Positions 1-10,054 of a stretch of 64,000 nt of DNA are shown here, one piece after another. Each line of letters starts with the position of its first letter. The first letter of the stretch is position 1. The position numbers and the translations under genes are program-made. The stretch is from Candidatus Latescibacterota bacterium (GTDB lineage: Bacteria > Latescibacterota > UBA2968 > GCA-2709665). The stretch is taken from contig CBDDDZ010000005.1 of assembly GCA_965226795.1 (NCBI GenBank), positions 96,001 to 160,000 of the forward strand, given 5' to 3'. Under the pieces are notes generated by a model. That model saw only the letters and a list, made by a program, of their open reading frames with translations. It ran no database searches and was not told where the DNA came from.

Positions 1-301
1 GTGTCGGATCTTTTTCATGGGGTTTCCACTACACAGTACGCCAAAATATCGAAATCTGCTAGCGGCCACCAAGTGTGATGTGAGCGCTGACCTGTCTGTT
101 GAATGGAGCCCGCACCCTTTTCGAGCACTACTCGGCAAATTAGACGCCCGCGTAGTCTCGGGAGCTTCAATGCCTTTTGGGAATCGCCTCGTTCAGCAAA
201 AACAGATAGTCCCCTGGCTTGGCACTCGGAGATCGGTCGCCAATGTCTCGATACCGAAAGTAGAAATAAAAACAGTCTGTTATGCTGAAAATACAGGTTG
301 T

Positions 302-2257
302 TCAGGTTAGGCGATTCAGAAGAATAGGGAAGTCTCTCTGAAGTTTCGACGATAGCTGATGCTTTGGGAATCGTCGTATCGCTTCCTTCCAGGTTGCTAT
401 TGCGTCTGCCTTGTTTTGAGAATTCCAATAGACGCCTCCCAGATTGAACCACGCTAAATCGTATTTCTGATCCAGTTGCAGGGCACGCTTGTAAGCATTG
501 ATACATCCTGCAATATCGCCAGTTCCTTTCCTTGCGACGGCAACCTGGAACCAACTCTTCGCGTCCGGTTGATGTTCTTTCGCTTGCGGTATAAGTATAG
601 GCAACGCCTCTTCATAACTGCCAAGGAAATTCAATGCAGTTCCAAGACAATACCCGTATTCGTCGGGTGACAGGTCATAAGCTTTGCGAAAGCATTTCTC
701 AGCCTCTGACCAATCCTTTTCGTCTTGAGCCCAGTGGCCGGCTCGATCCCACAAAAACGCTGGGTTCGGTACGCCACAGGCCACAACATCCGCAACGGTC
801 TGTTTAAACCCATCATAGTTACATTCCGTCCGACCGTCATTAGCGTGAATAAAATAGATGCAAAGTAGCCTCTCCCTTTGAGCGAGCACGTCATCGGCGA
901 ATCTTCTCAAGTATATGTCCCAAAATTGGACTGAGTCTTGTGCTGCGTCGATAGACGTTCTGCCGTATGTCGCGACCAGTCTTGCACACCACGGCGATAC
1001 CCAATCCAGCCCACCTCCACCGCTCAATAGCGCGCGAATATCTCGAAAGGCTTCCTTGATCTTTCCCTGCTTGAATAGAATCTCCGCACGCCAACCTTGC
1101 ACCGACGGCGATGTCCCAGCAGAGTTGGCAGGCCATACGATTGCGTCCAGGTGCTCCAGGGCACGATCAAGGTCCGCATTTTTGCGATTATACAAGACGG
1201 CTAGTGCGAAATGTGCCTCAGCGAGATTGCGGTCCAACTCCAGTGCCCGGGTGTACAAAATCTGGGCTGCGTCAGGCTTGTTCAGTTTCTCCAATGCCGC
1301 ACCAAGATTCTTGCAGCATTGGGCAGAAACATTTGAGTAGACGTCGGTCTGATCCAGTAGAAGCAAAGCGGAATTATAGGCATCCCTTGCTTTTTCATAC
1401 TCGTCAATGGCGAACCAGCCATTGCCAACGCAATAAAGCAAAGACCCCGGCAAATATTTGCCGTCATTGACGGCACCGAGTATTACTTCAATTCCATCGG
1501 CAATGCGGGGCTGGTTACATTCCCTTCCGTTTATCCCTAAGTTGATTTCGGCCATGTATGCGTGCATGAGCTTCTCCTTCGAAGGACCGAGGATCGCGCG
1601 GAACTTGTCAAAGGATCGGCTTATCGTTCTGTCATGACCGCGATCATAAAGCTCGGCCAGCATTTCTTCGGCCTGTTTTTGATCAGCGGGAACGGGCAGG
1701 TCGATCTCACCCTCTTCTGGGAAGGAAGGAATGTCCACGGGCGGTTGCGTCGCAAAGTGCAACCGATGGTCTCTCGCCCCTTTCGCACAAACAACTACGA
1801 ATTCCTTCAGTGTCCGTTGAAAGTCGTGGTCAAATTCATCCTTGAATCTTACCGTGACGGTTTCTTGATTGCCCCAACACTTACCGCTGTGCTCATATTC
1901 GCGTAATACGTCATCAGCGCTTCTGACCAATATCTGCTTTGACGGTATATGGCAACACACGTATATCGAGTGCGGTTGCGTAAGCAGATAGTTCAAATTT
2001 GTTCTGTCGATCGCCACGCTTATGGAACCATCTGCGTTTTTTTCTGTCTCTGTCCCTTTCAGTTGGACATGCACTCTTACATTTGTCATGACCCCGGCGT
2101 CGAGGGCTTCAATCACATAGTCGGTACCGTAGTCTTTCTTGTCCGATTGAACGACGAACTCGCCACACCCAGATATCGCCGTTTGGAAAGCAGTTTCAGA
2201 TTGCTCCTGGATCTGGCTGTTTCTATCGCGTTTTGGAAGGTCGTCTAAATGGGACAT
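302..2257 (-). CDS. DUF4365 (PD-(D/E)XK-like nuclease) domain + TPR-repeat protein, probable defence protein
   Basis: N-terminal DYGTDYVIE...VHVQLKGT motif typical of DUF4365; several TPR-like repeats (e.g. AEAHFALAVLY, AWFNLGGVYWNSQNKADAIATWKEAI); 651 aa ORF. Confidence 0.75.
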   Translation of the reverse strand: MSHLDDLPKRDRNSQIQEQSETAFQTAISGCGEFVVQSDKKDYGTDYVIEALDAGVMTNVRVHVQLKGTETEKNADGSISVAIDRTNLNYLLTQPHSIYVCCHIPSKQILVRSADDVLREYEHSGKCWGNQETVTVRFKDEFDHDFQRTLKEFVVVCAKGARDHRLHFATQPPVDIPSFPEEGEIDLPVPADQKQAEEMLAELYDRGHDRTISRSFDKFRAILGPSKEKLMHAYMAEINLGINGRECNQPRIADGIEVILGAVNDGKYLPGSLLYCVGNGWFAIDEYEKARDAYNSALLLLDQTDVYSNVSAQCCKNLGAALEKLNKPDAAQILYTRALELDRNLAEAHFALAVLYNRKNADLDRALEHLDAIVWPANSAGTSPSVQGWRAEILFKQGKIKEAFRDIRALLSGGGGLDWVSPWCARLVATYGRTSIDAAQDSVQFWDIYLRRFADDVLAQRERLLCIYFIHANDGRTECNYDGFKQTVADVVACGVPNPAFLWDRAGHWAQDEKDWSEAEKCFRKAYDLSPDEYGYCLGTALNFLGSYEEALPILIPQAKEHQPDAKSWFQVAVARKGTGDIAGCINAYKRALQLDQKYDLAWFNLGGVYWNSQNKADAIATWKEAIRRFPKHQLSSKLQRDFPILLNRLT

Positions 2258-2339
2258 TGATTTCGTACGCCGGTTTAGTAGGTAAATTGAGCCTTGGCAT
2301 TTGCGCCAGGAGCTTGGTTAAATGGCAACCTGTGTGAAT

Positions 2340-2529
2340 TCTTAACGCCCTGCAGACGCTTCGTTTTTGCCCAATTCTTCGATTGGGGCTCGGGCATAAA
2401 GCTTGGAAAACGTCTCGGAAAATTCATAGGTTCACGGTCGAAACCGCTTCCCTTCACTGATACGCAACCATTTGTCAGAAGCTACGTTTCGATGCTGTTT
2501 TCGAAGGCTGCTTCGTAATGTCTGTCGTC
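2340..2529 (-). pseudogene. hsdR: Degraded N-terminal remnant of type I restriction subunit R
   Basis: Manual translation DDRHYEAAFENSIET*LLTNGCVSVKGSGFDREPMNFP...PQSKNWAKTKRLQG resembles the HsdR N-terminus pattern (H.EAAFE..IE..LL..G....FDRE..FP...Q...WAK). In-frame TAG at 2482-2484 and no intact start codon. It lies where hsdR is expected, downstream of hsdM-hsdS. Confidence 0.6.
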
Positions 2530-2537
2530 TTAGTAAG

Positions 2538-3248
2538 TTACCTGTTCCTTCGTGCGAATTCTCTTCGCTTTCGGAGTTTCGTGAGGGCTGCCATATGCTC
2601 TGTCAGAACGGCACGTATTGCAATGCAGAACTCGTAAAAATTACCATTCCCGCTACGATCGCAGATCCTGTCGCGTACACGCTGCGCTGTGGTATAAGAC
2701 AATGGTGTATCCCCTGTCGGCCCGTAGATGAACTCCTCGATAACGCGCTTTCGGTCTTCGATGAGACTCCTGTGATCCAGACCGAGGACCTTAATCGTGG
2801 TTCTCGCATCGGTTCGATTACCGATTGCCTCAATCTTACCATCAAGCCTGAAACGAAAGACTCGTTCGCAAGCAGGCTGAAGCGGAGATACGAATTCGGC
2901 ACCATCGTTATCCCACCAATAATCCTTAAGCCGTGCGCCATAGCGAGGCTGTCCTTTCACATCGTGTCGTGGGAAACACGCGAGCAAATTGGCGTATTCC
3001 AAATCAGATCCATGCAGGTCCTTCCGACAGCGACTCTGTGGCTTGATATGCTCCACATGCGATGTTTTATTGTCGATTTGACGCATCGTATAGGCACACA
3101 ACCCGCCTTGGTCTGCAATCATAGCCGCCAATATTAGTTCCTTATGGTCCGAAAACACCTCACGCCAATCAGACTTGCTCGTCCCCGCAACTTCAGCACA
3201 CCACTCGGAATAAGAGTGCGGGCATCCGGTTTTCTGGATGTACTTCAT
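2538..3248 (-). CDS. ptuB: HNH endonuclease, TIGR02646/PtuB-like (Septu/retron-type effector nuclease)
   Basis: QGGLCAY...SHVEHIKPQS...YANLLAC motifs; 4-nt overlap with the upstream ATPase. Confidence 0.75.
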   Translation of the reverse strand: MKYIQKTGCPHSYSEWCAEVAGTSKSDWREVFSDHKELILAAMIADQGGLCAYTMRQIDNKTSHVEHIKPQSRCRKDLHGSDLEYANLLACFPRHDVKGQPRYGARLKDYWWDNDGAEFVSPLQPACERVFRFRLDGKIEAIGNRTDARTTIKVLGLDHRSLIEDRKRVIEEFIYGPTGDTPLSYTTAQRVRDRICDRSGNGNFYEFCIAIRAVLTEHMAALTKLRKRREFARRNR

Positions 3249-4498
3249 TCGGCCAAAATCTCCATTCGAGCTATGCGCGCTTCAAGAATGGACCACTCTG
3301 GTAGGTCAAGCCCGTTCTCCTTAGCCTTTGAGATCGCGGCGCGCGCTTTCTCGAAGGTTCCTTCCCCAATTAAGCTCTCAACAGATTGAATAGCTGCCAT
3401 AGCAACCTCGGGTCGGTCATCGGCCTCCATGAGGTGGCGCAGGATCCAGTTTGAATCCATCCCAAGGCTGCGGTCCGGATGGATGATTTCATTAGGAGCT
3501 AAGAGGAGGACCTGATCGGGCTGGACGGACGCCACGACCTGTGGTGAGTGAGTCGTCGCGATAAACTGGCACCTTGGAAAGGTTTTGGTCAGGTTGTGGA
3601 CGATCTGTCGCTGCCACTTCGGGTGCAGATGCAAGTCAATCTCGTCGACCAGGACGACAGCTTCGGCTTCGGAGGCCGGGTCGGTAAGATTGGGGTTGGC
3701 TTGTGCAAGTCGCCGGGTCAGGTCCAATACGATAGCGAGTATCCCGCGTTCGCCATCTGATAGCTGCCGGACAGGAATTGGCGTAGAGCTCCGATTGATC
3801 CAGAGCTGCGGGCTATCCTCACCTCCTTGCCGCAGATTCCCGTAGTCTGGAAGGAAGCGCGTCACCGCCTCCTCGCAGGCAACCAATTTATGGCCGACTG
3901 CTGGATTCTCGCTACGCATGGATTCTTGGACCTCCAGCCAGTTACCGAAATCGCCGAGCCGAAGCTCGCGCTCCAAGAAAGCATCCGCGAACGCCCTTTC
4001 CACACCTCTAGCAGTGACACCCTTTCGCGGACCCCGCTTAGACGGGATGGATCGGTTGGTCGAGAAAAGCACGGCAAGAGGTCGTCCGTCAGGCTCGTCG
4101 CTGGATACCGGTGACGGTGGATCACCGATGAATTTCGCCACCTCTGGGGTCCTGTGAACCTGTTCTCGCGGCCGTCCCGCCTTCTTTTTCTGCGGGGCAC
4201 TTGTCTCCCGCGGCTTATGGACGAGGTAGCGGTGTTCTTGTGCGCCCGTTTGGATACCGCACTCGATCGTTAGAGCGCCAGCACCGATGCGGATGTCGTC
4301 GCCCAAGAACGTTTTAACTTGGGTTCGCAGTTTGTTCGCCCTCTTCACTACGACCGAAAGGCAAACGCTCAGCGCATCAAGAACGCTCGTCTTCCCGACT
4401 CCATTGACGCCGACGATGAGGTTGAAGCCAGGCTGGAAGCGGAGCTCGGCTGCCTTGATGGCACGGAGGTCAACCAGCCTTAGATCTGTGACGATCAT
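3245..4498 (-). CDS. ptuA: ABC/AAA ATPase, PtuA-like (Septu)
   Basis: Walker A GVNGVGKTS, signature QLSDGER, DLTRRLAQANP, Walker B VVLVDEIDLHLHPKWQ, H-loop ATTHSP; paired with an HNH gene. Confidence 0.8.
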   Translation of the reverse strand: MIVTDLRLVDLRAIKAAELRFQPGFNLIVGVNGVGKTSVLDALSVCLSVVVKRANKLRTQVKTFLGDDIRIGAGALTIECGIQTGAQEHRYLVHKPRETSAPQKKKAGRPREQVHRTPEVAKFIGDPPSPVSSDEPDGRPLAVLFSTNRSIPSKRGPRKGVTARGVERAFADAFLERELRLGDFGNWLEVQESMRSENPAVGHKLVACEEAVTRFLPDYGNLRQGGEDSPQLWINRSSTPIPVRQLSDGERGILAIVLDLTRRLAQANPNLTDPASEAEAVVLVDEIDLHLHPKWQRQIVHNLTKTFPRCQFIATTHSPQVVASVQPDQVLLLAPNEIIHPDRSLGMDSNWILRHLMEADDRPEVAMAAIQSVESLIGEGTFEKARAAISKAKENGLDLPEWSILEARIARMEILAE

Positions 4499-5778
4499 GG
4501 TCTGGTCCTTACGCCAATCTGTCCGGTCACGGCCGCAGCGATGAGAGCGGAGCGGCGCTCTTTGACTAGAGCAATCGCGTGTTCGGTGGCTCTGCGGACA
4601 CCTTCGATTTTGGCGGTACAGCCTGTAATGTGTTTAATGATGTGTTCCTGTTCCTGATGAGGCGGCTTTAAAACTGGCATCTCCCGCAGGTTAGATGCCG
4701 AAATGGACGCCAAGTTTGTAGACTGCTTAGCGCGGCTTTCGAAGTAGGCTTTAGCAATGTCACTGGATGCCCACAGGTTAAGCCAGTCAGAAGAAATCTG
4801 GCTCGGACGAACTGCGAATACGTGATTCTGATGTAAGCAAGGGTTGATCTCGCCAGTCCAGACTGCCCCGCGACCAAGCTTGTCCGCATCGCCACCTTCG
4901 TTCATCAAGACATCCCCGGCTTGAAGGTAGAAACGAGCAGCCGCTTCGTCCGGCACCGCAATTGATTTCACCTCGGCAAGATCCAAGTAACCGTCTTGGA
5001 CATTCACCACCCGTAGATAGGGATAATTCGTCATTGGCTTAGTTGCAAAGCTTCTGCCCAGTGCAATTCCCGTCTGTACCTTTGCGATGAATGCGACGCG
5101 AGTTACGTTCCAATGAGCGGGAATTTCCCCGAGCCACGGGATACCCGAATCGTGGAGCGGGGCGCTGAGGTCGAGTCCGCGTGTGACGCCGTGCGTGATT
5201 AGCGCCCGGCGCTTCTCGGTCAGCAGCCTAAGTACCTGCTCCCCCTCCGCCACCAGGGCATCAAGCCGCGCGGTTTCGCGGTGGAGGTAGTCGGCGATGG
5301 CACGCTGCTTGCGCCGCTCTGGAATTGGAACGGACATATTACCGATGAAGTCCCAATCAGCCCGTGGCATCTTTGAGCCAAACGTCGAAGCGGCTACCGC
5401 ATCCACGAAGCTATACCAAAGAAAAATGTACCGAAGAAAGTGCGGCTCCATGTCCAATGGCTTCATGACAAGGAACTCAGTCGTAGACCGGCCCGAAAAC
5501 TCCGCTACCCAGGCCTTTGCTAGATATGGACGTAGCTTTCCGAAGAGCACATCACCGGGCTCAAAAGTATTGCTTAGCGATGTGCCTTCCGCGATATTGG
5601 CTGAAGGACCCTCGTCTGCCGCTGCCCGGTTGCCAAGAAGTTTCCCAGTCCACGACTCGATATTATCTAGCCCTATATACGGCCTATTGTCCTCACTTCC
5701 ATCAACTCGTGACCGGCGTAGTGAAACAACATGTTTTAAGCGCTTGGTCGGAAACGAGGATGCTGCCTGCTTGGTCAC
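4495..5778 (-). CDS. hsdS: Type I restriction-modification specificity subunit S
   Basis: Two TRD + conserved-helix halves (FGKLRPYLAK, QRAIADYL, DSGIPWLGEIPAHW, ERRSALIAAAVTGQI); overlaps the hsdM stop. Confidence 0.93.
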   Translation of the reverse strand: MTKQAASSFPTKRLKHVVSLRRSRVDGSEDNRPYIGLDNIESWTGKLLGNRAAADEGPSANIAEGTSLSNTFEPGDVLFGKLRPYLAKAWVAEFSGRSTTEFLVMKPLDMEPHFLRYIFLWYSFVDAVAASTFGSKMPRADWDFIGNMSVPIPERRKQRAIADYLHRETARLDALVAEGEQVLRLLTEKRRALITHGVTRGLDLSAPLHDSGIPWLGEIPAHWNVTRVAFIAKVQTGIALGRSFATKPMTNYPYLRVVNVQDGYLDLAEVKSIAVPDEAAARFYLQAGDVLMNEGGDADKLGRGAVWTGEINPCLHQNHVFAVRPSQISSDWLNLWASSDIAKAYFESRAKQSTNLASISASNLREMPVLKPPHQEQEHIIKHITGCTAKIEGVRRATEHAIALVKERRSALIAAAVTGQIGVRTRP

Positions 5779-7764
5779 TCAGTCACCTCCCGCAACAACC
5801 GCACGACTTCCTCCTCCGCCTTCTTCAGATCCGCGTCGATCTCTTCCAGAGGGCGTGGTGGGTTGTACTTGTAGAAGTGACGGTTAAAGTTGATCTCGAA
5901 ACCGACTTTGTCTTTGGTCCTGTCCATCCAGGCTTCGGTTACATGGGGGCGAACTTCGCGTTCGAAGTGGACGTCGATGTCCTCGGCAAGCGGGACATTC
6001 TCGTAATCGCGCAGTTCTGTGTCGGGCTCGAAGCCTCTCTCGTGGCTATCCTTGCAGACCGGCTCGGCCTGTGGATCCTTCTCGGTGAAGACATCCCGGA
6101 AGAGCCTCTGTTCTACCTTCTTCCAGCGCGATTGGCGCTCACGCAGGAGAGCGGCAATGCTCTCCCATGTCGCATTCCAGTCGTAGCTCGGCTCGCGTCC
6201 CAACGTCTTGTCGAAGGCCTGCACGTCGTCGAGCAGGTACGGGCAGGCCTCGAGAAAGCGGGACTTGTCTTCTATGGTCATCTGGTAGCGCAAGCGAAGG
6301 GGGCGCTCTACGGTTAGGCGTGTGTAGCCGAAGTCAGCGTTGTCGAAGAGCTTGGAGCGCTCGCCATCCTTGAAGCGGCCGTACAGCCGCACGATCTCCT
6401 CAATGTGTTCTGCGGCGAGGTGGCGCCGCTTGTCGCCAAGGCTGCGCCTATTGTCTTCGCTACCGCCGGCCGTCCACATCTCACGCGAGTCAAGAAGCTG
6501 AATCTTTCCTTTTCGACGGTCCTCCTTACGATTTGTAACGATCCAGATGTAGGTGCCGATGCCGGTGTTGTAAAACAACTGCTCGGGCAGAGCGATGATG
6601 GCTTCAAGCCAATCGTTTTCGATGATCCACTTCCGAATGTCGCTCTCACCAGAGCCAGCGCCGCCCGTAAAAAGCGGGGAACCACTGAACACGATAGCCA
6701 GGCGCGAGCCGTGCTGGTGTTTTTCCGGCCGTACGGGTTCGAACTTGTGGAGCATGTGCTGCAGGAACAGCATAGATCCGTCGTTTACCCGTGGCAGTCC
6801 TGCGCCGAAACGGCCCGCAGATCCAAGCTTTTCGTGCTCATTCGTATGTCGTTTCGTTGTTTTTTCCAGTCCACTCCGAAGGGGGGATTGGTAAGAAAGT
6901 AGTCAAACGTCTCTCCCTCGAATTGGTCCTCCGTAAAGCTGTCGCCGAAGCGGACATTATCGCCGCCACCGTTGTGGTCGACCTGCTTCATTAGCATGTC
7001 TGAGGCGGCGGTGGCAAAGGCGCGCTGATTGTAATCCTGTCCGTAAACGAAAAGCCGTGCAGCATTGTGGTGCTCTCGCAGGTAGTTCTGCGCTTCGGCC
7101 AACATTCCACCGGTTCCGCAGGCGGGGTCTAGGAGCTTGCGCACTGCACCGGGTGTAGCGAGAAGCTTATCGTCGTTTATGAACAAAGATGTTCACCATC
7201 AGCCGGATGACGTCCCGTGGCGTGAAGTGATCGCCCGCCGTCTCGTTTGCCAGTTCATTGAAGCGACGGATCAGATTCTCGAAGAGGAGCCCCATCTGCT
7301 CGTTTGGAACCCGGTCGGGATGGAGGTCCACGTCGCAGAACTTCGAGACAACGAGATAGAGAATGTTGGCTTCCTGCATCTTCTCGATTTCCGTCTCGAA
7401 CTCGAAGTACTCGAATATGTCGCGCACGTTTTTTGAGAAACCTTGGATGTAGCTGACAAGGTGTTGGGCGATGTGGTCTGGGATCGCCCTTGAGCTTCTC
7501 GAAGTCGAGCGGTGAGTGGTTGTGGAAGCGCTGCCTCGGCGGCGCTGTTCAACCTGGTCTCGAGCGCACGACCTTCAAACTTGCTGCGCAGGAGCGATCG
7601 TGCTCAGCGAGTACATTGGACTTGGTAGGAGCGAGCACGCAGTCGAATCGCCTAAGCACGGTCATGGGCAACATAACGCGCTCGTACTGTGGAGGCCGGT
7701 ATGGCCCACGTAGAAGATCGGCGATCTGCCAGATCAGATTCGCGAAGTAGCTGTGGTCAGGCAT
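5775..7764 (-). pseudogene. hsdM: Type I restriction-modification methyltransferase M, broken by about five frameshifts (real decay or sequencing error)
   Basis: Fragments in different frames: FANLIWQIADLLRGPYRPPQYERVMLPMTVLRRFDC, ETAGDHFTPRDVI, DPACGTGGML, NPPFGVDW, LFTGGAGSGESDIR, KVGFEINFNRHFY. Confidence 0.85.
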
Positions 7765-7817
7765 GGGTATAATCGACGAAAGCTTGGGTTGGGATCCTGG
7801 CTATGGCAAAGAGATGC

Positions 7818-8102
7818 TCACAGAAGGTCATGCTCAACGAGGAATTTCCGGCCACGGTCGGCAATTGCATACTTGGGCTCTTCGCCAATCGCTAGGGAAT
7901 CGTACGCGTACTCACCCTTGACGAGGTGAGTCAGATAGTGCTTTACGCGGGTAACGTTCTCGCCCATTGAATGAGCCAGTGTTTCAGCCGTTACTTCGTT
8001 TCCTTCAAATAATGCCAGTGCCTTTATGATGTTGACTTGGGCAGAGTTAAGCTCTTTGTCAACGGTTGGTCTTTTTTCGGACAGAATATTCCCGTTGATA
8101 GA
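7818..8102 (-). CDS. Winged helix-turn-helix-like segment, in frame with the upstream DUF4062 gene after one TAG
   Basis: Manual translation SINGNILSEKRPTVDKELNSAQVNIIKALALFEGNEVTAETLAHSMGENVTRVKHYLTHLVKGEYAYDSLAIGEEPKYAIADRGRKFLVEHDLL*, 94 open codons with a wHTH-like pattern; absent from the ORF track. Confidence 0.55.
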   Translation of the reverse strand, partial: SINGNILSEKRPTVDKELNSAQVNIIKALALFEGNEVTAETLAHSMGENVTRVKHYLTHLVKGEYAYDSLAIGEEPKYAIADRGRKFLVEHDLL

Positions 8103-9281
8103 CTATGCAAATGTAGTTTCCGCTTCTTGCAGCATCACCTGTCCACCGCGAAGATCGTCGATCAGTCTTTGGAGAACGTTGACCATTGCCCGCCTGGAAC
8201 GGTTCAGAACTGTCGTCATTCGCGGCAGGGAGGCAACTGTCTGCCGGAAGTATTCGAGCTGGTTTTCTGTGTCGTTCATCGTCTCCGAAAGCATTCGGAC
8301 CGTTGCCAACGTTTCCTTTGTCTGTTCCAGATCATCTCCATTGAAACTGTAATCGATGGACAATGCGGCAGCCTGCGTCAGGGCACGAAGGCCTGCGTCC
8401 AGTTGTTGGCTAAACAAGGGAAATTCTGACTCGATTCGATGTACATATTGATCCATATCTCCGGCAGCTTTAGCAATAAGCCGCTTTCCGGCCCTATGAT
8501 TGTTTGCGTCGGAACCTGATGCAAATTTCGACATCTCATCAGCCCTGGCGTTAATCTTGTCGCCGATTTCTGCTGTTGCACTCGCAATTCGTTCGGTGAT
8601 CTCCTGCACGGTCGAAAAACTATCTTCGAACTGCTCGACTAAATCTAGAAGTCCGACTTCGTCATTCTCGGGCTGATCTATAGCCTGCTCGGTGGTCGTA
8701 ATTTCCTCCGCTGATGCGGCGAGCGGTTCCGTAATGTCGTTCTTTGCTTGCCACGCTTGGATATACTTCGTTAGGTGAATCCGAACGAGTTTCTCGAAGT
8801 CATCGGATGTCTGGAACGTCCAATAGAGCCCACCTTCGTTGCCGAGGCTTGATCGAAGCCTAGAGACTTTCCCCAACTGATCTGCATCAAGCTGTGTCGG
8901 GGAAACCGGAGCGGGTGAGTCCTTGAAGTAAATCATTATTTGTAAAGAATCCGGATCGGCATCGAAGCGATCTTTCGCACGTCGAAATTCCTCAACCGTT
9001 CCAGACTCTTCGCGGATGGTTGGTGTGCCAAATCTGTACCACATTATCCCGATGAAGAGATCAAAATCCTCTGGGATTTGCGCGTTTATTACCGATTGAG
9101 GATCCTCTCCAAAGCTCGGATATGCGTCAGTCTCCCACCTGATCAACTCCAAGCGAATTCTAATTTGACGCGACCAGAGTTTGTTAAGCTCACGAATCAC
9201 ATCTTCCAGACGATTTCTCTCTTCATCGACATCGTTAGGAGATGCGACAAATACGCTCAGGATGGTTTCCTGCCGTGGCAT
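8103..9281 (-). CDS. DUF4062-family (TIR/NDT-like fold) domain + coiled-coil protein
   Basis: SVFVASPNDVDEER...WETD...PQSVINAQI...DLFIGIMWYRFGTPT...SGTVEEF pattern; helical C-terminal half. Confidence 0.7.
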   Translation of the reverse strand: MPRQETILSVFVASPNDVDEERNRLEDVIRELNKLWSRQIRIRLELIRWETDAYPSFGEDPQSVINAQIPEDFDLFIGIMWYRFGTPTIREESGTVEEFRRAKDRFDADPDSLQIMIYFKDSPAPVSPTQLDADQLGKVSRLRSSLGNEGGLYWTFQTSDDFEKLVRIHLTKYIQAWQAKNDITEPLAASAEEITTTEQAIDQPENDEVGLLDLVEQFEDSFSTVQEITERIASATAEIGDKINARADEMSKFASGSDANNHRAGKRLIAKAAGDMDQYVHRIESEFPLFSQQLDAGLRALTQAAALSIDYSFNGDDLEQTKETLATVRMLSETMNDTENQLEYFRQTVASLPRMTTVLNRSRRAMVNVLQRLIDDLRGGQVMLQEAETTFA

Positions 9282-9337
9282 CTTAACCTTTTCCGCGTAT
9301 TCCGCGCGGCCGCTGCAACTACGTTGAATTTAGTCAC

Positions 9338-9439
9338 TTAACTACACTGACCGGCGAGCCCTGTTACCGAGCCATGTCCTGCCTTGCGAAACGCTTCCGC
9401 CAGTTCAACTGGCAGATTCTCGTCCAGCTTGAACCGCAT
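9338..9439 (-). pseudogene. Truncated DUF5615 PIN-like toxin
   Basis: MRFKLDENLPVELAEAFRKAGH matches the family start, but the frame ends after 33 codons; directly downstream of DUF433. Confidence 0.7.
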
Positions 9440-9449
9440 GCCTGGTTCC

Positions 9450-9677
9450 CTATTTCTGCAACGAAACGACCCGCTCATTGGCCAACGCCGCGGCATAGCA
9501 GATCGCCGTCTGCACGGCTTCGCGTGAAACCGACGGGTAACTCTTCGAAATTTCTTCGGGATCAAGACCAGACGCAAGATTATCCAAAACCGTGGTCACC
9601 AGGACTCGCGTACCGGCGATGCACGCCTTGCCATGGCATATTTCGGGATCCACTGTGATGTGATCGCGCCAATCCAT
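9450..9677 (-). CDS. DUF433-family antitoxin
   Basis: ITVDPEICHGKACIAGTRV...EEISKSYPSVSREAVQTAICYAA. Confidence 0.9.
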   Translation of the reverse strand: MDWRDHITVDPEICHGKACIAGTRVLVTTVLDNLASGLDPEEISKSYPSVSREAVQTAICYAAALANERVVSLQK

Positions 9678-10054
9678 AGTGTTTGTCCCTATCGTGAGTC
9701 ACACGTGCTGGAAATCTCCGCACGCGAAATTTGTCGTGCCTCATGCGAAACCTACCAAAGGCATTATGATACCGAAGCAACGCTCTGGTGGGTGGGCTCG
9801 ACTATCGTTTTGGAATCCAGCGTCGATTCGTCAGAAATCCGTAACGTGCTTGCAGCGCAGTACGCTACGCATGCAGGCCGCCGCACCGCAGAGAGACCCA
9901 ACTTACCGGATGTCGCGGCGGACCGGCCACGCCTCTTTAGCCCAATTGCGAGTGAACCCTGGAACGTTGGCATTCCGCCCACCCGTGCGGGCAAGATGCC
10001 CGCGCACCCAGGCTCAAAACACGGCACGCCACACCGAATCACCAGCCGCCGCCC

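Noticed and set aside
2258..4498. Retron (Ec78/Ec83-like) interpretation of the ATPase + HNH pair
   Set aside because: No reverse transcriptase in the window, and the adjacent intergenic DNA translates as an hsdR remnant rather than showing msr-msd inverted repeats.
8103..8105. Pyrrolysine or genome-wide amber recoding
   Set aside because: TAG serves as a normal stop elsewhere in the window (e.g. 42079, 50298) and no pyl genes are visible.
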